In this document: piece after piece, positions 60,530 to 64,000 of the stretch | Layout of the letters: each line of letters opens with the position of its first letter | Position numbering within the stretch: the first letter of the stretch is position 1 | Assembly: GCA_021816845.1 (NCBI GenBank) | Contig: JAKAWT010000002.1 | Location: 33,017-97,016, forward strand | From: a bacterium | Lineage (GTDB): Bacteria; Patescibacteriota; Dojkabacteria; JAKAPS01; JAJZLI01 | Direction of reading: 5' to 3' | DNA: 64,000 nucleotides | The notes under the pieces: model-generated | Databases searched by the model: none | What the model was told of the DNA's origin: nothing | The model's input: only the letters and a program-made list of their open reading frames with translations | Program-made: the position numbers and the translations under genes

Positions 60530-61989
60530 AAACAATTATAGGGCTTGAAATACATGTACAGTTAAAAACAAAATCTAAAATGTTTTGTTCTTGTTCCTCT
60601 GAATACTTTAATGATATTCCTAACTCTCATATGTGTCCTGTCTGTTTGGGGCTTCCAGGTGCATTACCTGTTATTAATAAAGAAGCTGTAGTACAAGCTA
60701 TCAGAGTTGGTGAGGCTTTAAATTTAGATATAAATAGTAAATCCAGATTTGATAGAAAAAATTATATGTATCCGGATCTCTTTAAAGGCTATCAAATTAC
60801 TCAATTTGAATTTCCAATAACAACTTCAGGATACGTATACATAAATGTAAATAATGGAGATAAAGGATCCAAATCCAAGAAGATAAGAATTCTAAGAGCT
60901 CATATGGAAGAAGATACTGCAAAATCTACTCATTACAGTGATCATACACTCCTTGATGGAAACAAAGCTGGAGTACCTTTACTTGAAATTGTATCTTATC
61001 CTGATATGGAATCTAGTGAGGAGGCGAAAGAATATGCCAAAAAGATTTATAACATAGTTCGATTTATACAAGCATCAGATTGTGATATGGAAAAAGGTCA
61101 GATGAGATTTGACTTGAATGTGAATTTGAAAATTACAAAAAAGGAAGGAGGCTCTGTAGTGAAAGAATACAGAACGCCTATTGTGGAAGTTAAAAACCTT
61201 AATTCTTTTAGAGCTTTAGAAAGGGCAACTTTATATGAAGAGGAAAGACAATTAGAAGAATTTAGAAAAAATGCAGAAATTGCTCAGGTTGGTAATAAAG
61301 TAACCAGAGGATGGAATGATAATCTATCTAAAACTTTTTTTCAGCGTGAGAAAGAGGAGAGTAACGATTATAGATATTTTCCAGAGCCTGATCTACCACC
61401 GTTATATCTAAATAAGGAATTTATAGATAATGCAAAAAAGAGTATTGGAATATTACCTGATGAGGCTTTAAAAATACTGGAAGATAAGTACAAAATAGGG
61501 AGTAATATAGCTACTACTATAGTAGAAGATAGATCATACTATAATTATTTTTTAAGTGAACTTATAAAATATAAAGGATCTCCATCAAATCTTGCAAATT
61601 GGATAGCTGGGTATATAGTAGGTCTTTTAAACGAATCAGGAAAAAGTATATTAGATATAAGTTCTGGGATGCTAGCAATATTGTTGAATCTTGAAGATGC
61701 AAATAATTTATCTTCTTTAAAGATAAAAGATATTCTAAAAGAGGTTATTTTAGAGAATTCAGATTTAGATAAACTTATAAATGACAATATTATAATTAAA
61801 GATGATAATATGTTAGATACTACGATAGATAACATTTTAGCTAACAATAAGGAGGAAGTTTTAAAATATAAGTCTGGAAAAGATGGTATATTGTCATATT
61901 TAATAGGACAAGTTATGAGGGAAATGCAAGGAAGGGCAGATCCAAGCAGTATAAAAGAAAAATTACTAAAAAAGATAAATTCTATCTAA
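60520..61989 (+). CDS. gatB: Glu/Asp-tRNA amidotransferase subunit B
   Basis: IIGLEIHVQLKTKSKMFCSCSS and PDLPPLYL; C-terminal GatB/YqeY domain. Confidence 0.93.
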   Translation: MEVKTIIGLEIHVQLKTKSKMFCSCSSEYFNDIPNSHMCPVCLGLPGALPVINKEAVVQAIRVGEALNLDINSKSRFDRKNYMYPDLFKGYQITQFEFPITTSGYVYINVNNGDKGSKSKKIRILRAHMEEDTAKSTHYSDHTLLDGNKAGVPLLEIVSYPDMESSEEAKEYAKKIYNIVRFIQASDCDMEKGQMRFDLNVNLKITKKEGGSVVKEYRTPIVEVKNLNSFRALERATLYEEERQLEEFRKNAEIAQVGNKVTRGWNDNLSKTFFQREKEESNDYRYFPEPDLPPLYLNKEFIDNAKKSIGILPDEALKILEDKYKIGSNIATTIVEDRSYYNYFLSELIKYKGSPSNLANWIAGYIVGLLNESGKSILDISSGMLAILLNLEDANNLSSLKIKDILKEVILENSDLDKLINDNIIIKDDNMLDTTIDNILANNKEEVLKYKSGKDGILSYLIGQVMREMQGRADPSSIKEKLLKKINSI

Positions 61990-62042
61990 AAATCCAATTA
62001 TATTAAATTGTAAATATGATGAATTTTTGATATATTCTTTAT

Positions 62043-62588
62043 ATGCAGAAATTGAGTATATCAATGGTTTCATTAGTTTTTATTGTGATATTTTTTTCAG
62101 CCCCTATATTCGCATATTCATTTTTTAATGTTAAAATAACTTCTGATGGGCAATCCCCTCTTAATAATTACATTAGTCTTTCATCTTTGATAAAATCAGA
62201 GAGAAATTTTAAATCAGTAAAAATCACTTGGGATTTGCCTTCTGGTGTACTTTTAAAATCTGGATCTCTAATACAGTATTGGACTAGTGTAAGCCAAGGT
62301 TCTTCACTACTTAATAGTATAGAAATACTACCCAATAATCCTGGGGTATACAATGTGAGCGTCGCTGCAGTAGCATATACTAATTCAGGATCAAACTATG
62401 TCAACTCTGATCAAGAAACTTTAGTTGTGAATAAGAATTTGTATCTAGAACCAGTTACAACGCTTTTTAATATAGAGGTTTGGGGTCTTAATATATTTAA
62501 AGTAGCTTTACTTTTGATATATCTATTTATAGTATATAAGATTTTTATATTCCTATATAAAGAATTTAGAAAATATATTGATTCATGA
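62043..62588 (+). CDS. Hypothetical secreted protein with signal peptide and C-terminal TM anchor
   Basis: N-terminal hydrophobic segment ending FAYS; C-terminal LNIFKVALLLIYLFIVYKIFIFLY. 181 aa. Confidence 0.45.
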   Translation: MQKLSISMVSLVFIVIFFSAPIFAYSFFNVKITSDGQSPLNNYISLSSLIKSERNFKSVKITWDLPSGVLLKSGSLIQYWTSVSQGSSLLNSIEILPNNPGVYNVSVAAVAYTNSGSNYVNSDQETLVVNKNLYLEPVTTLFNIEVWGLNIFKVALLLIYLFIVYKIFIFLYKEFRKYIDS

Positions 62589-64000
62589 AAAACAACGATT
62601 TTACTCATTTACATATGCATACTGAATATTCCCTTTTGGATGGGATGAGTAGTATCAAAAAACTTGTAGAAAAAGTTAAATCTTTAGGTATGACAAGTTG
62701 TGCAATTACAGATCACGGTGTTTTGTATGGAGCTCATGAATTTTATGATGAATGTAGAAAAAATGATATAAAAGCAATAATAGGTGTGGAAATATATCTT
62801 GCTAATGGATCAAGAAAAGATAAAACTCAAAATAGAAATGAAAATTATAGCCATCTTACGCTTCTTGCAGAAAATGAAGAAGGTTATAAAAACCTTATCA
62901 AAATAGTATCCGATGCGAGTGTTAATGGTTTCTATTATAAACCAAGAACAGATATAGATTTTCTAAAATCTCATTCACAAGGTATTATTGCATTGTCTGG
63001 TTGTCTTGGTGGTGATATTGCAATACAAATATTAAAAGGAAATATAAAAGAGGCATATGGTTATGCTGAACAATTTATAGATGTTTTTGGAAAGTCCAAC
63101 TTTTATCTTGAGGTTCAGAGGAATGGTATTAAAGAGCAGGATAAGGTCAATGAGGTATTGTTTGAAATGGGTAGAGATCTTGATATACCTTTAGTTGCTA
63201 CTTGTGATTCACATTATTTGGATAAGGAGGATAGTTATGCACATGAAGTCCTACTCTGTATTGAGACTGGAAAGACAATTGATGACAAAGATAGAATGAG
63301 ATTAGGATCAAATGAATTTTATGTTAAAAGTCCTGAAGAGATGATTAAACTTTGGGAGGATCGCCCTGAGTGTATTGAGAACACTAATATTATTAGGGAT
63401 AGATGTAATGTTGAAATTAAATTTAACGGCTTTATATTCCCGGATCTAAGGATACCACAAAGATATAATGGAGACTTTGGATTAAGGTTAAGAGATTTAG
63501 TGTTTAAAAGAGGTAAAGAAAAGTTAGGAAGAGATTTTAGCGAGAATGAGCTTGAAAGGATAAATTATGAACTTGATATTATAATATCAAAAGGGTTTGC
63601 GTCATACATGCTTATGGTAGCAGATTTTACAGATTATTTATCTAAGGAGGATATACCTACTACTACTAGAGGTTCAGCAGCAGGATCATATATAGCTTAC
63701 CTTATAGGTATAGTACCTATAAATCCATTAATTTTTGGATTATCTTTCGAAAGATTTTTAAATCCTTTAAGACCAAAAGCTCCAGATGTAGATTTAGATA
63801 TAGCGAGTGCTAGAAGAGAAGACGTTCTAAATTATGCAGTATCCAAATATGGATATAATAGAGTTTCACAGATTGTAACTTTTGGTAGGATGAAGGCAAG
63901 AGCTGCGATTAGAGATGTGGGCAGAGTTTTAAAAGTACCTCTATACACAGTTGATAAAATTGCTAAATTAATACCACAGGGAGAATATACTATCAAAGAA
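62585..64000 (+). CDS. dnaE: DNA polymerase III alpha subunit, N-terminal PHP domain and beyond (continues past window)
   Basis: FTHLHMHTEYSLLDGMSSIKKLVEKVKSLGMTSCAITDHGVLYG. ATG at 62585 overlaps the upstream stop (ATGA). No stop before the window end. Confidence 0.9.
   Translation, partial: MKNNDFTHLHMHTEYSLLDGMSSIKKLVEKVKSLGMTSCAITDHGVLYGAHEFYDECRKNDIKAIIGVEIYLANGSRKDKTQNRNENYSHLTLLAENEEGYKNLIKIVSDASVNGFYYKPRTDIDFLKSHSQGIIALSGCLGGDIAIQILKGNIKEAYGYAEQFIDVFGKSNFYLEVQRNGIKEQDKVNEVLFEMGRDLDIPLVATCDSHYLDKEDSYAHEVLLCIETGKTIDDKDRMRLGSNEFYVKSPEEMIKLWEDRPECIENTNIIRDRCNVEIKFNGFIFPDLRIPQRYNGDFGLRLRDLVFKRGKEKLGRDFSENELERINYELDIIISKGFASYMLMVADFTDYLSKEDIPTTTRGSAAGSYIAYLIGIVPINPLIFGLSFERFLNPLRPKAPDVDLDIASARREDVLNYAVSKYGYNRVSQIVTFGRMKARAAIRDVGRVLKVPLYTVDKIAKLIPQGEYTIKE

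Noticed and set aside
1-64000. CRISPR arrays, rRNA genes, integrases/transposases, prophage
   Set aside because: I see no regularly spaced direct repeats, no rRNA-like GC-rich structured stretch over 300 bp in any intergenic gap, and no recombinase-like ORFs.

Overview
This is an AT-rich (roughly 30% GC) bacterial chromosome segment that is densely packed with core housekeeping genes. It uses the standard genetic code: TGA terminates mutL and gatC.

A long minus-strand super-operon spans about 285 to 13486. Reading in the direction of transcription it runs acidic Zn-ribbon protein, tig, clpP, tRNA-Val, dedA, thrS, two hypothetical genes, infC, rpmI, rplT, pheS, pheT.

Other recognisable blocks:
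- a divergently oriented PBP1A next to the 3' end of the tyrS/trpS-like class I aaRS
- pyrG-dcd-glyA-folD, convergent with murG-ftsW-SEDS-ileS
- a glycosylation cluster (GT-C membrane glycosyltransferase, YtxH-like, ManC-like, processive GT2)
- mutS, a COG1373 ATPase, and mutL
- glmS, uvrA, TolB-like/LCP, uvrB
- a tRNA-associated island of small secreted proteins
- ftsQ-like/ftsA/ftsZ, then gatCAB, then the start of dnaE

I recognise eight tRNAs: Val, Lys, Arg x2, His, Asp, Gly, Thr. No rRNA, CRISPR array, integrase or transposase is evident. Gene content points to a reduced, Gram-positive-like envelope, possibly a Patescibacteria/CPR-like organism; I cannot determine the lineage from sequence alone.

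Most genes lack a Shine-Dalgarno sequence, and several look leaderless, with a TATAAT-like hexamer 6-12 nt before the ATG. infC is the exception: a perfect AAGGAGGA followed by an in-frame ATT start.

The least ordinary elements are:
- a two-gene cassette of unknown function inside the thrS-infC junction, with a 24-bp perfect palindrome upstream
- a COG1373/DUF4143 ATPase wedged between mutS and mutL
- a 744-aa Kelch-repeat protein with a pilin-like N-terminus
- a protein with a Fic-family-like C-terminal wHTH and an apparently degenerate HPFx(D/E)GNGR motif, next to ftsZ
- a highly acidic zinc-ribbon protein heading the tig operon

I cannot run homology searches. All family calls rest on motifs I can read in the provided translations.
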